NCBI RefSeq assembly: GCF_006345805.1
Contig: NC_043014.1
Span: 50,220,001 to 50,284,000 of the forward strand
Direction of reading: 5' to 3'
DNA: 64,000 nucleotides
Origin: Octopus sinensis
Lineage: Eukaryota
Below are positions 1 through 12,419 of this stretch, piece after piece (position 1 is the first letter of the stretch; each line of letters begins with the position of its first letter). The translations under genes were made by a program, and so were the position numbers. The notes beneath the pieces were generated by a model. That model had not been told where the DNA came from. It saw only the letters and a list, made by a program, of their open reading frames with translations, and made no database searches.

Positions 1-2580
1 ACTTCAGAAAACCAGCCAGCCACCTAATCACTTATCTGTCTGGTGGGCACATAAGCCAGATTGACTACCTCCTCCCCAGGCAACGGGATAGACAGATGCT
101 TGCAAATATAAAGTCTTTTCCAGGTGAAGAGTGTACAACCCAACATAGGTTACTAGTTAGTGACTTCAGAATTAGAAAGACTCAAAGAAATAAACCAATC
201 TGGAAAAGAAGACAAACTATGGAAGCTCAGAGGCCCAGCAAAGAGACAGATATTTAGAGATTTCCTCATGGAAGCTTCTGAGAAAAGAGAGGAAGAGTTG
301 GGGACATATAGCTTAGAGGATGATTGGAAGTTCCTGCAGGACAATCTACTGAGGGCTACAGACGAAATCTGTGGTTGGTTCTGTGTCCCAGCTAGGCTAA
401 GGGTGATATGGTGGTGGAACAAGGAGACAGACAGTGCTATAAAAACAAAGGGACAGGCCTGAAAAGACTGGAAAACTGTGGAAGTAGAGTTATATCAGGT
501 AGCAAGAAGGACAGCTAAGTGTCAGGTTTACAAAAGAATAGCAGAAGGTAAGAGATTTGCAAATGCTCAATACAGTGCGAGTTGTTCAGGACTGCAAAGC
601 AGTGAACCAGAGTATAGGGATGTGGTGGGTGAAAAATGAATGCAAATGGATAATGGTATGCTTGCACTTGGTGGCTCAGAGATGAAAGAGTGCGGAAGTG
701 CCACTATGAAAGGTTAATAAATGTGGAAGATAAATGTGGTAGAGTTTACCAAATAGGAAACCAACTGAGGGACCAGCCAGAGTTGATAGCAGCATAATAG
801 ATAAGGCAATTAAGGATATAAAGACTGAGATTCCCTGGGCCGTCAGGAATCATTGCCAAAATTAATAACATTTCTGGTGATGTAGGATACAGCCTAGTCA
901 CCCATATAGTTAATCAGATTATTCAGGAAAGCACCATCCCCAATGACTAGCATAATAGTATTATAATTGGCTGCTACAAGGGTAAAGGTGATGCCTTAGA
1001 TAGAAACATCTAAACTGCTAGACCAGGTTATAAAAGTTACTCAATTGATTAGGAATAGAATTTAACTAGATGAGATACAGATGGGTTCTGTACCTGTTCA
1101 GAATACCACACATGCCATCTTCCTAGTGAGAGAACTGCAGGAAAAATATTTGGTCAAAAGTAAGCCATCGTACTTAGCTTTCATCAACATGGTGAGACCT
1201 TTTGACGGAGTCCCCCACTCTGTTATCTGGCGAGTAGAAGAGTGGTTTGTTAGAGCTGTACAAGCCATGTACAGCGGTGCTGTCAGTAAGGTGAGAGTTG
1301 GTCATGAATACAGTGATGAATTTAGTGTACAAGTAGGGGTTCACCAAGGTTCAGTTTTCAGCCCACTCTTATTCCTTATAGCCCTCCAGACCATAACAGA
1401 GGAATTCAAAACTGGATGCCTTTGGGAACTACTTTATGCCGACAGCCTTGTGCTTATTGCAGAATCTGTAGCAGAATTGGGGGAGAACTTCCAGGTATAG
1501 AAGCAAAACCTGGAATCAAAGGGCCTTAAAGTTAACCTAGTAAAGACCGAAGTTGTTGTTAGCAAGAAAGAAGACTCTTTCCATCAGGTAAATTGCCCAG
1601 CTCATTACGTAGGAAAGGAGTTGGAAGAAATTCCATTCACTGCACCCAGTGTAAGCTATGGACACAGAAGAGGTGCAATGAAATCACAGATTAACAGATA
1701 AAGTCGTCTTCATATGTGACAGATGTGCAGGGACAATAAGCACTAAGAGTACAGAGGACATCAATTCTCTCAAATTCCCAGGAGGCTCTCTTCAGGTTGT
1801 AGATAGCTTCTGTTACCTAGGTGACCAAATTAGCAATGATGGCAGATGTTCTGAAAGCATTGCTTCTAGAACAAGAATACAATGGAGAATGTTCAAAGAG
1901 CTATTATCTCCTAACAAAAGGACTCTCAAGAATGAAAGGTAGACTGTGTGATGCTTTTGAGCAAACGGCTATATTCAATGGTAGTGAGACATGGGCTCTG
2001 AATGCAGAAGACATGCATGGACTGGATAGAAATGAAGGTGGTATGCTCCGTTGTATGTGCAACATCAGCGTGCAAAGTGCAAATGTATTGAGAAAAGTTG
2101 GGCATAAGAGGAATCCAACGCAGCATGCAAGAAAGAAGGCTATGTTGGTTTAGACATGCGATGCCTATGAATGATGTGAGAGTGAATGGTACCTATGGAA
2201 GAAGGAGATCCAGGAAGACACAGGATGAAGTGTTAAGGACTGATCTCAGGACGTTGGGACTCACAGAGGAAATTGCAATGGACCAAGATATATTTCTTTA
2301 TTGCCCACAAGGGGCTAAACATAGAGGGGACAAAGAAGGACAGACGAACGGATTAAGTCGATTATATCGATCCCAGTGTATAACTGGTACTTAATTTATC
2401 GACCCCGAAAGGATGAAAGGCAAAGTCGACTTCGGCGGAATTTGAACTCAGAACGTAACGGCAGACGAAATACGGCTACACATTTCGCCCAGCGTGCTAA
2501 CGTTTCTGCCAGCTCGCCGCAATGGACCAGGATATCTGGCAATATAAAGTTCTTGAGAAGACCCACCCACGTCAAAAAAA
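1..2580 (+). mobile_element. Decayed RTE-clade LINE (end of APE endonuclease, RT domain, C-terminus), interrupted by a SINE
   Basis: Frame from nt 3 reads FRKPASHLITYLSGGHISQIDY...GEECTTQHRLLVSD (APE C-terminal motifs). Later segments give YKGKGDALDRN, GVHQGSVFSPLLF, LLYADSLVL (decayed YADD) and the C-terminal DEVLRTDLRTLGL. Many stops and frameshifts. Confidence 0.9.
2292..2520 (-). mobile_element. SINE family B (head gcggcgagctggcagaaacgttagcacg), full length, with target-site duplication
   Basis: Near-identical to copies at 12866 and 34896; flanked by aatggaccaagatat (2277-2291) and aatggaccaggatat (2521-2535). Confidence 0.9.
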
Positions 2581-3199
2581 ACTGAATTCGAGAAGCATTG
2601 TGTTCCACCGACATGTAACAAGAAAACTTTTCACACACCCTACCACAACAAACCAAAATACACCTCTTCCTCACATTTCCTTTATTTCATGCATTATGTA
2701 CGTCTCTCACTCCCCAGCCCTGTCCACTGTATCATTGCTACTCCCCCCCGTAGCCCCCCCCCACCTCTATATACTCAGGTTTTCAGCACTTACTGCATTC
2801 CTCTTCCCCACTCTCTAACAGTTCTTTGACAATGCCCTGTCACATATGACCTCCATACCTCAAGGATATGCCCTGGCACTTGCCACCACCAATCTTTTCT
2901 TCTACTTAACCATGCCATTTATATTCTGATCTCTGTTCCTTCTAAGTATGCCCAGCACTTCACCATCGTCTCTTCCCAGCTCCCTCTTGCACTTTTGCTG
3001 TCTCCCACTCACTCTCTTTCCGCCTCTTGCATCAGGCTGGGTAACCAGGTACCTTCTTCACAGCAGCACACATTTCAGTCCTCAACCTTAATCACACTCT
3101 CTGGCTGGGTAACCATTTACCTCCTTTAGAGCAAAACTTGTTTCTGTCTCTGTCTCACTTAACCTTTCATCATCTGACACAAGATCACCTTCTCCAATG

Positions 3200-3527
3200 C
3201 CCCCTCCCCTTTCAAAGGATCTTTGCTTTGTAAGTCACTTAGTGACCCTGCCAGTACCGATGACATGTAAAAAGCATCCAGTACACACTGTACAGTGGTT
3301 GGTGTTTGGAAGGGCATCCAGCTGTAAAAACCATACCAAAACTGACCTTGCCAGTGCCACATAAAAAGTACTCTGTCCACTGCTGGATGACTGCTGTTAG
3401 GAAGGGTTCCAGCCATAAAAACCCTGCCAAAACAGACACATAAGTCTGGTACAGGCTCCAGCCTGGCCAGCTCCTGTCAAACCATCTAACCCATGCCAGC
3501 ATGGAAGGCAGACATTAAATGATGAGG
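3200..3527 (+). mobile_element. RTE LINE 3' UTR/tail
   Basis: Contains gaagggcatccagc...ccatgccagcatgga...gacattaaatgatga, the same 3' end seen after RTE ORF2 at 17582 and 28306. Confidence 0.7.
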
Positions 3528-3874
3528 AGTGCAATTGAAAACAGTTTGAAAAGCAAATTTATATAAAATCTTTCCAGGTTTTTAAAGGTTATTTTAAGCT
3601 TTTTTTTTATGTGCGTATATGTTATTTACTCAAACAATTCAAACAGAATATGAGCAAATCAAGCAGGTGTCTGAACTTGGACTGTTCTAAGGTCACAGAA
3701 AGGAGAGTGGTTTCATATTATACCCCCATTTCACTTTGGTGCCTCTGGCTTGACCCATGTCAAGTTGATCAAGACATTTGCTCTTGCCCTGTGTGGACTC
3801 TCAAAGCTCTTAAATTTTCTGCTGGTTCCATCTTCCTATCTGATATTGATGAAACATTTACCAGTCTTCTATAA

Positions 3875-3903
3875 TTATTTGTGGCAAGATTCTATGGAAA
3901 TCT
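3875..3903 (-). CDS. Candidate terminal exon of the minus-strand gene (one of two options)
   Basis: ccatttttcctgtag|AG ATT TCC ATA GAA TCT TGC CAC AAA TAA fits phase 1 after the 5081 exon, giving KISIESCHK*. An alternative acceptor at 3999 gives RRRLTAKLKNKTRGC*. Confidence 0.2.
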
Positions 3904-4602
3904 CTACAGGAAAAATGGAAACCAGGAATCTTTTTCCTTTTTACTCTTTGTATTAACATCCTCTAGTTTTGTTTTTCAACTTTGCTGTTAACCTCCTTCC
4001 TGACATAAAAGAGGAACAATGCCAGCCAACAGATTACCATTATTAGACAACATATATTCTTAAACATAGAATGAAGCAGATGTTGTGCTGGGAAAGTAAT
4101 ACTTTTATTTCTTGTATAAGAGGTGGAGGGATCCTAAATCCTAAACAGTCAGTAGTCAACTATGCAAGTATTATATGCAGGATTATGAAGAAATTGTATA
4201 TTTTAATATGCAGAGTTATGAAGAAATTGATAGCGACAGAATCAAATGCATCTAGTTGAAGCTGCAAAATGGTTGGTGGCCCAGAAGGTATCCAATGACA
4301 AAGCATACACGAAAAAAGGGAAAACACATACACAACATTAAAGGCAGTAAGAAGTGCAAGATACTTCATTAGAACAGGGCCTTCCAACCACCACACTAGC
4401 GTGGAGAACTAGATTTCTTAACTCTTATACCGATACATTTATTATCTATCAGCAACAACATTGTTTTATGTTCAATGGCGTGTAAATAAAAATATAAAAT
4501 GCAGCAGAACAGAGTGAAATGCGATAAAGGTATTTGATTAACTTCAACATTTTAGTCCCCAAATCTACATGATGTCATCACCATTTTTGATTCGAAGTAT
4601 AT

Positions 4603-5013
4603 TTACTCTTTACTCTTACTTGTTTCAGTCATTTGACTGCGGCCATGCTGGAGCACCGCCTCTAGTCGAGGAAATCGACCCCGGGACTTATTCTTTGTAA
4701 GCCCAGTACTTATTCTATTGGTCTCTTTTGCCGAACCGCTAAGTGACGGGCACGTAAACACACCAGCATCGGTTGTCAAGCAATGCTAGGGGGACAAACA
4801 CAGACACACAAACATATACACACACACATATATATACATATACATATATACGACGGGCTTCTTTCAGTTTCTGTCTACCAAATCCACTCACAAGGCATTG
4901 GTCGGCCCAGGGCTATAGCAGAAGACACTTGCCCAAGATGCCACGCAGTAGGACTGAACCTGGAACCATGTGGTTGGTTAGCAAGCTACTTACCACACAG
5001 CCACTCCTGCGCC
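4603..5013 (-). mobile_element. SINE family A (tRNA-like head, CORE-like segment, internal microsatellite, (AAGAGT)n tail)
   Basis: Reverse strand reads ggcgcaggagtggctgtgtggtaag...ggttcagtcc...ttgggcaagtgtcttc, with pol III A/B-box-like motifs; near-identical copies at 5258, 22787, 36714 and 59782. Confidence 0.9.
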
Positions 5014-5080
5014 TATGATCTTGTTCACATTTAAACTAAATTCAAACATAATTTTATGTAAGAAAGTCATGTTAATTTAC

Positions 5081-5117
5081 TAAAGTCTCTCCAGATTACT
5101 TTCAAATTAAATTCAAT
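5081..5117 (-). CDS. Candidate 37-nt exon, IEFNLKVIWRDF
   Basis: Acceptor ttatttctgccctgcag, donor gtaaat; only one frame is open (phase 0 to 1). Confidence 0.55.
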
Positions 5118-5257
5118 CTGCAGGGCAGAAATAACCACAAAGAGGTTTAATATGAAATAATCAGCTATGCCAGTGGAGATAAGAAACTTGTTAGATTATT
5201 CAGCACAATATCAACTTTTTATCACAGTACATAAGTCAAACTGATATGAAATAGTTC

Positions 5258-5705
5258 TTACTCTTTACTCTTTTACTTGTTTCAGTCATTTGACTGCGGC
5301 CATGCTGAAGCACCGCCTTTAATCAAGCAACTCGACCCCGGAACTTATTCTTTTGTAAGTCCAGTACTTATTCTATCGGTCTCTTTTGCCGAACCGCTAA
5401 GTGACGGGGACATAAACACACCAGCATCGGTTGTCAAGCAATGCTATGGGGACAAACACAGACACACAAACACATATATATATATATGGAAAACGGACAC
5501 TAAACGATGATGATGATATATATATATATATACACATATATGCGACGGGCTTCTTTCAGTTTCCGTCTACCAAATCCACTCACAAGGCTTTGGTCGGCCC
5601 GATGCTATAGTAGAAGACACTTGCCCAAGGTGCCACGCAGTGGGACTGAACTCGGAACCATGTGGTTGGTAGACAGGCTACTTACCACACAGCCACTCCT
5701 GCGCC
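5258..5705 (-). mobile_element. SINE family A
   Basis: High identity to 4603-5013, with an internal (TA)n/(GAT)n tract. Confidence 0.9.
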
Positions 5706-6243
5706 TGTTAGAAATCTTTATAAATTTTTACAGCTCTGTAAACAAGTCATGTGCAGATTGAGGAAACAATTGAAAATCTCTAGGAAGACATATATATTTT
5801 TAACCCTTTAATGTTCAGATTACTCTGTTAATTGTAATACTTTTTCACTCAAATTGTTTTGAATTAATCTTGTATTATCTCATAGCTTTGAGGTTTCAAT
5901 AATGTGATTATTTATTTTTAGAATGTCAATGCAGGTTTGGTGTGAGAGGCCAGATATGGCTAGTTCAAATATAAAACAAGTAGAATATTTGGGCGGGATA
6001 TGGCCGTTTTTAACACTAAGAGATTAAATTTGTGAGCAGGTAAAATTTAAAATCATGAAACTGGAGTTGCAGTTTTCAATGACAAAATATTAATTCCTAA
6101 TAAAAAGATTTAATATTTTGGGGGAAATAGAAATAATCTAATATCTTGTAAATTATATTAACTGCAATAAGGTCTGTAATAACACTAGTAAAAATGGGGT
6201 GATGCCTCAATCTATACAGGACAAGTAATAACCCACTACTGAC

Positions 6244-6330
6244 ACTGGAATTGTACAATAAAATTAACGATAGTTCCTTTATCATTGTACACTTTAATGA
6301 GAATGTGATCATGGCAACTGAAGTAGAATC
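6244..6330 (-). CDS. Candidate exon, DSTSVAMITFSLKCTMIKELSLILLYNSS
   Basis: Acceptor ttagtttcctgtag; phase 0 matches the upstream exon. The donor gtcagt was chosen because it gives phase 0, so the 3' boundary is uncertain. Confidence 0.45.
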
Positions 6331-6859
6331 CTACAGGAAACTAATATTTGTGTGAAAATAATATCATTAATGTTACAATCCTTGTAGTCAGGTAGAGCTG
6401 AATAATTTGGACTTATGGAAGTAAATATTTAGTAACCTAGAACAATGAAAGTACCCAATGATAAGGAAACAAAGAGCATGTTTTGTAAAGCAGTTTTTTT
6501 TTTTAAACTCAAATTAATCCTGAGTTACTCTGAACACCTAAAGCAACAACAAAGCTTTCTACATATGTACTGTAAACCACATATAATTATACCAAGATGA
6601 GTATTATAACCTCAACTGAGAAAATTAAGTGATGGTGGAAAGCTGGGACAGAGAAAGAGAAAGAAGAGCTTGAAAAATATGGGGCCATCCATAGATAATG
6701 CTGTTTTTACAATGGCATGAACTAAAAATCGGAGGGGGATGGGATAAACTACCTGCATCAACTTACTATAAAAGCAGGTAGTAATTTTACCTTGTACTTA
6801 TTCTTAGTGCAAGTTTTGAAGAGTGCAATTCGATTTTAACTTATTTTTACAAAGCTATA

Positions 6860-7185
6860 ATGGAAGTGACAAAGGAGCATTTTCGACATATTTTGCTTTA
6901 TGAGTTCAATAGAGAAAACAACACAACAGAAAGTGTGAGGAATATTAATGCAGTATATGAGGATCGGACAGTAAGTGTCAACAGTGGTTCCAGAAGTCAG
7001 CGGTAGTTTCAAGGCGAAAGATGTTCTTCCATCAGGATAATGCTTGGCCACACACAATGAGGATGACATTCCAAATGATGGAGCAGTTTGAATGGGAAAC
7101 GATGCCCCACTCACCATATTTGCCAGACATTGCCCCATCTGATTATCATTTACTCTGCAGTCTTCAAAATCATTTGGAAAGAGAA
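6860..7185 (+). mobile_element. Internally deleted mariner transposase remnant
   Basis: MEVTKEHFRHILLYEFN...VRNINAVY (mariner N-terminal HTH region) is joined almost directly to FFHQDNAWPH...HSPYLPDIAPSDYHLL (HDNARPH and YSPDLAPSD motifs). Confidence 0.85.
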
Positions 7186-7762
7186 CACATTAGATAATGT
7201 AGTCCTACTCAGACTATGTATGAAAGAAAAAGGAAAAAAATAAGATGATTAACCAACACATCTTATATCAGAGCAGGACTGACTCATAGCTAAACAACAA
7301 TCTACATTAAACGAACAAGACTTTTAGTTATGAATGCAAGCCTCAATGGTTAGCTTAACATCCTGTACAACCTGAATCTGTCTACAAGCTCCATCTATCC
7401 AATAACACTTGAATCAAATCACTTCTTGTGATACATATGCTTTAAAGGAAGTTAGGAACCCTCTAATTGAAGGGAGGGGGCTTTAACCCCTTCCACCATT
7501 TATTCTGTAATATTTTTTATAAATTAATATTTGGCCACATGTTGCTAAATGTTTGCAAATTTTTCCCAGAGTTTCTTTATATTATTCATCAACACCTACT
7601 TAAGATTTATCTATTCCTTTAATGCATACAAGCGATCTACCTGGCTTCAACCCATGAAATTTTTCAAATAACTCAAGATGCTACGTCAGCAGCAGAGTGG
7701 TTGGACATTTCTTCACCACAGAACTATAAACCTTTCCTAGGTGTTGTTGGTCCAAAAAACAC

Positions 7763-7841
7763 CTGTGGGATTTGATGCAAATGAAGCCGGTTTAGTTTCT
7801 TTAGCTTTTCAACCTTTTGCTCAATGAGTTGCACCAGTGGC
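7763..7841 (-). CDS. Candidate 79-nt exon, PLVQLIEQKVEKLKKLNRLHLHQIPQ
   Basis: Pyrimidine tract plus tttgtag acceptor, CAG|gtgttt donor; single open frame (phase 2 to 0). Confidence 0.6.
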
Positions 7842-8023
7842 CTACAAACTAATTTGCATAAAGAACAAAAGGAAGCACCTGTGTTTGTTGTTGTAAATTT
7901 CATGATGAAAACATTGAAATTTTTCGTTTGTAACTCCACGTTCATTACCATTTACATCTAATTTATTACTAACCTCTATCTTCCATCGTTGTTGATTATG
8001 TTTTATAATTATGTAATTCTTTC

Positions 8024-8370
8024 ATCTTTACTTGTTTTAGTCATTAGACTGTGGCCATGCTGGAGTACCACTTTGAAGAATTTTAGACAAATGAATTGAC
8101 CCCAGTTCTTTTTTTTTAAGCCTGATGCTTATTCTATTGGTCTCTTTTGTTAAATTGCTAAGTTATGGGGACATATGTACACCAACACCAGTTGTCAAGC
8201 AGTGGTGGGACACACATACACATGACAGACTTCTTTCAGTTTCTCTCAACCAAATCTACTCAAGGCTTTGGTCAGCTCAAGGCTATAGAAGACACTTGCT
8301 TCAAGTGCCACACGGTGGTACTGAACCCAGAACAATTTGGTTAGCAAGCAAACTTCTCACCACATGGCTA
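8024..8370 (-). mobile_element. SINE family A, old CpG-decayed copy
   Basis: Alignable by eye to 4603-5013, with many CG to TG/CA changes. Confidence 0.75.
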
Positions 8371-9330
8371 TGCATTAATTAACAACCAGACATAATGCAA
8401 AATTATTTTTTAACACAAATGACTATTTACATTTAAAAACAAAGTTTTTTTTTCTGCAATACAGCTAATTTTCACAATAATCTAACCATTTATGAAGACA
8501 CAAAGCAATTAAATAAAACACTTTTAGATATCTTCTGCTCAACCATTACAAGACAGCTTTTGACTGAAAACTTTCAATATAATCCAGCAGATTTCCGATC
8601 AAAACCATTCCAGCCATGACCATCCTATTCATTTTTCCAGGCATCCTAGGACTACATTAACTAATATAAGCTCTAGACTGTAGGTGATTTGACTTTTCAA
8701 AAAGCCAAAATAATCATACACAGATGCTCTTGTATTGACTTGTTAGACAAGTATTACTGTTGGTGTACAATAAATATAGTTTACACTTGAGCAAACTATG
8801 TATTGTTTTCTTCAGTCTCATTCAAGTGTTTGAATTGTGTATTGATGGTCAGTCTAAGGGACCATAAAATCCTATTTTAGAGCACTCAGAGGTGTATAAA
8901 ACACAGTGAAAAGTTTTAAGATGTTGTTTTGGCCACTCTTCAGTTTTAAGCTTATCAATGTTATACTCTATTTACATGATCTATAAAAAATAAAATTTGC
9001 TTAACAAGAGAAACAATAAGCCTGGAGTGACAGAGAAGTGAAACCTTAAGCTTCAATTTATGATTTTAATGTCCCCTTTTTCTTTACTGATATGGGTTGG
9101 ATAGTTTTAACAGAAACCAACAAGCTTAGAGGGCTATGCTAAGCTACAAAGTCTGTTTTGGAATGGTTTATACAGCTGGATGCTCTTCCTAATCCCAACC
9201 ACAATTGTGTACATGTATGTACATATACATTCATATTCATTTGTGTATGTACACACACACAGCAATATATCTCAGGACTACTGTTGCTACTTTTATCAGT
9301 AAAATATATTTTTGTATCTCGTTCATTTAC

Positions 9331-9393
9331 CCTGTGATGGGCTCAGTGATTCCCATATTATGAATCATCAAAGATAGTGCTGGAGATATGCAC
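9331..9393 (-). CDS. Candidate 63-nt exon, CISPALSLMIHNMGITEPIT(G)
   Basis: Donor GG|gtaaat; open frame ends in phase 2, matching the 7841 exon. The acceptor could alternatively be at 9401. Confidence 0.55.
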
Positions 9394-9649
9394 CTATTGG
9401 CCTAGTTAGCTGAAAGCTGTTATGAAAAGACAGAATGACCTGAGACATGCTGGGTAGTCAATAACAAGTCTGTTAGTCATTTCATTGATTTTAATTTGAG
9501 TGGTCAAGTTGAACTATTTTCAAAAATTTAATCCCTCCTTAGTGGTGTTTAACGCATTTAAAGAAATTACTCAAGTATTTTTTAAAATTACACATATAGA
9601 ATGGGGCTTCTACTAAATTTCAGTGAAACTATGTACATACACATACATA

Positions 9650-9870
9650 ATAATTATTTCTACTCTAGACACAAGACCTTGAAAATTTCAGGGGAAGGGG
9701 ACTAGTCAATTATATCGACCCCAGTGCATAACGGGTGCTTATTACAATGACCCCTGAAAGGATGAAAAGCAAAGTCGATTTCAGTGGAATTTGAACTCAG
9801 AACATAGCAGCAAGTGAAATACCACTTAGCACTTCACCCGGCGCGCTAACGATTCTGCCAGCTCCCTGCT
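9650..9870 (-). mobile_element. SINE family B, variant tail
   Basis: Contains gaatttgaactcagaac...ctaacgattctgccagctc; the tail differs from the 2292 copy. Confidence 0.75.
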
Positions 9871-10132
9871 TTTGCATACACATACATAATAATGAGCAAA
9901 GAGGAATAACTGAACATGCATTTGAGCAACACAAATACAAATATATCAACTGCCATACAACTAAGCTGTATGGTATTTTAATAAATCAAAACAATTTGAT
10001 TTGTTAAAATCAGTGTCTGTAGAGAAAGTGTCATAATTAGCAAATAGTGATTAACACCAGCTCCAAATTAGAAAGGGAAATAGTCTCAAAAATCAAAAGT
10101 TCTCCAATGATGTAATTAAAGAAAAGGACAAC

Positions 10133-10157
10133 CTTGAGAACAGTTGCAGATACACTT
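10133..10157 (-). CDS. Candidate 25-nt micro-exon, (K)VYLQLFS(R)
   Basis: gaaccag acceptor and AAG|gttgtc donor (weak). It exactly bridges phase 1 (13240) to phase 2 (9393). Confidence 0.3.
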
Positions 10158-11372
10158 CTGGTTCAATAGGGCACACACGCACAATATACTTTTACCAATT
10201 TCAGCCACTGGGCTGCGGTCTTGCCAGAGTACCACGTTTAAGGACTTTCATTCGATAATAAACTTCCTTGTCTTTCTGTTACTAGTTTACAAAATCTTTA
10301 AAGAGAGGAGAGAAAGGGAAAGTCAACCTAGCTGAACAAATGTGACTGATATTTTTGTTTGACTGACAAACTAATTCTGCCACTTGCAGACTCAATCTCT
10401 CTCTCTCTCTCTCCTCACACACACACACACAGTCTACTCTGCAGTTTCCATCTACAAAATTTCATTCAAAAGACTAATCAAAATTTGTTTCATGGTGCTC
10501 AGTAGTGGTCTTGAAAATCAGAATCTCAATTCCAAAGTGAACTTAAAAACACAGCTGTGTATACATAAGAAGGGTTCGACTCTGGTGTAAAGCACCTTGA
10601 GCAAGTATCATCTATCACAGCCTCAGGTTGATGATGCATTGTTAGGTGTGGAAATTAGAAATGGATTGTGTAGAAGCCTGCTGCACATGCAACATGTATA
10701 CATGCATATGCACAAGTTTGTATGCATAGAAGTGGGGGTAAAATCAGTGCACTGAACAGAAATAGCTTGCAGTATATATCAGATTAGAGAGAGAGAGAGA
10801 TATGTGTAGAATAAGTAGCAAGCAAAATAGGAAACGTGTATAAAAAATTCACTGAAGATCCCTGCATGGCTGCAATCCACTGACTTAAAATCAATAAGTA
10901 AATTAAGAGACAGACTGGCAGCAAATAAGAGAAGTTCAGCAAAGAGAAAGAATATGGTATTGGATTGAGTAAGGCATTGAAATGAAGAGAATATGGTAGA
11001 TGAACTAAATAAGAGACTGAATGGAAACTTTAAAGGTCTTTTACACAATATTACAATGCACGAAATATTGAAGGCATATTTAATAAAAATGGTCACTTTT
11101 TCAAAAGATCGGCCACAGCAGCACTATGACAATGATACATACACAGTAAGACCACATTAAGATGAAAGGAATGTTTGTTGCACCATTAACATTTATTCAT
11201 AAGTCGGGAGTAGCATTAACCAAAACCAAACAATGATAATGACTTACACAGGTAGATCTTTACAGCTGATTTTAGTAACCAATACTCTCTCTCAATACAC
11301 ACACAGAGATATAGTCTTCTCATTATAAAAGTTTTAATAACTATCTGTGAAAAGGCAATTTATCTCCACTTG

Positions 11373-12240
11373 TCATCATCATCATCATCATCATCGTTTA
11401 ACGTCCGCTTTCCATGCTAGCATGGGTTGGACGGTTCAACTGGGGTCTGGGAAGCCCGAAGGCTGCACCAGGCCAGTCAGATGTGGCAGTGTTTCTACAG
11501 CTGGATGCCCTTCCTAACGCCAACCACTCCGAGAGTGTAGTGGGTGATTTTATGTGCCACCGACACAGGTGCCAGACGAGGCTGGCAGACGGCCACGCTC
11601 GGATGGTGTTTTTTATGTGCCACCGACACAGGTGCCAGACAGGCTGGCAGACGGCCACGCTCGGATGGTGTTTTTTATGTGCCACCGACACAGGTGCCAG
11701 ACGAGGCTGGCAGACGGCCACGCTCGGATGGTGTTTTTTATGTGCCACCGACACAGGTGCCAGACGAGGCTGGCAGACGGCCACGCTCGGATGGTGTTTT
11801 CTTATGTGTCACCGACACAGGTGCTAGACGAGGCTGGCGGACGGCCACGCTCGGATGGTGTTTGTTACGTGCCCTCAGCACGGAGGCCAGTCATTGCGGT
11901 ACTGGCTACGGTCACGTTCGGATGGTTTTCTTATGTGCCACCGGCACTGGTACCACAAGGATACAAATTCCATTGATGTTCATCTATTTTGATTTGGTTC
12001 GATTTGATTTGATACGATTCGATTCGATTCTCACTTGCCTCAACAGGTCTTCACAAGTGTCACAAGAAGGAAGGTATGCACAGGTGGACTGACTACGTCC
12101 CAGGTAGGGGCCACGGATTATGGCTTCACTAGTCTTGCCGGGTCTTCTCACGCACAGCATACTTCCATAGGTCTCGGTCTCTAGTCATTTCCATGGTGAG
12201 ACCTAACGTCCGAAGGTCGTGCTTCACCACCTCGTCGTAG
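11373..12240 (-). mobile_element. 5'-truncated, relatively young RTE LINE (ORF2 C-terminus, 3' UTR, (ATG)n tail)
   Basis: Minus strand of 12240-12130 reads DEVVKHDLRTLGLTMEMTRDRDLWKYAVREKTRQD*; ends in ...gcggacgttaaacgatgatgatgat; CpGs are retained. Confidence 0.85.
11549..11870. repeat. Tandem ~63-bp minisatellite (about 5 units) in the RTE 3' UTR
   Basis: atgtg(c/t)caccgacacagg recurs at 11552, 11615, 11677, 11740 and 11804, with a diverged unit at 11867. Confidence 0.95.
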
Positions 12241-12419
12241 TTTCAAAAACCCATTACTACAGATATGTTGTTCTTGTGGTTGTACATGTGACCACAGTAT
12301 TGGATTTAGTACTGGTGGTGGTGGTTGTTTAACTCAAGATCTACATTCATCAATCAGACCTGTGATGAAAGGGTTCCAGCCACAACCATACGGTTTTGTT
12401 TTTAGAGAAATGTAGTACA

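Noticed and set aside
4174-4229. 24-bp near-duplication (atatgcag..ttatgaagaaattg) and a hydrophobic minus-strand ORF at 4160-4396
   Set aside because: This is a simple local tandem duplication, and the hydrophobicity reflects T-richness.
4773-5761. Recurrent ORFs of the type RASFSFRLPNPLTR (also at 22961, 36626, 59957)
   Set aside because: They are antisense or sense translations of SINE family A, not genes.
5732-5779. 48-nt minus-strand exon candidate (DFQLFPQSAHDLFTEL)
   Set aside because: It has a weak donor and its phase 2-to-2 reading is incompatible with the flanking phase-0 junction.
11248-11344. Minus-strand segment with ttttcacag acceptor and consensus gtaagt donor (IVIKTFIMRRLYLCVCIEREYWLLKSAVKIYL)
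   Set aside because: Its phase does not fit the neighbouring candidates (a stop forms at the next junction) and it contains microsatellite-like runs. It is left out, though it could be real if my 10133 exon is wrong.
11398-12092. Four long overlapping ORFs and a regular repeat that might suggest a CRISPR array or repeat protein
   Set aside because: The units are contiguous 63-mers without unique spacers, lie in an RTE 3' UTR, and the ORFs arise from GC-rich 21-codon periodicity.
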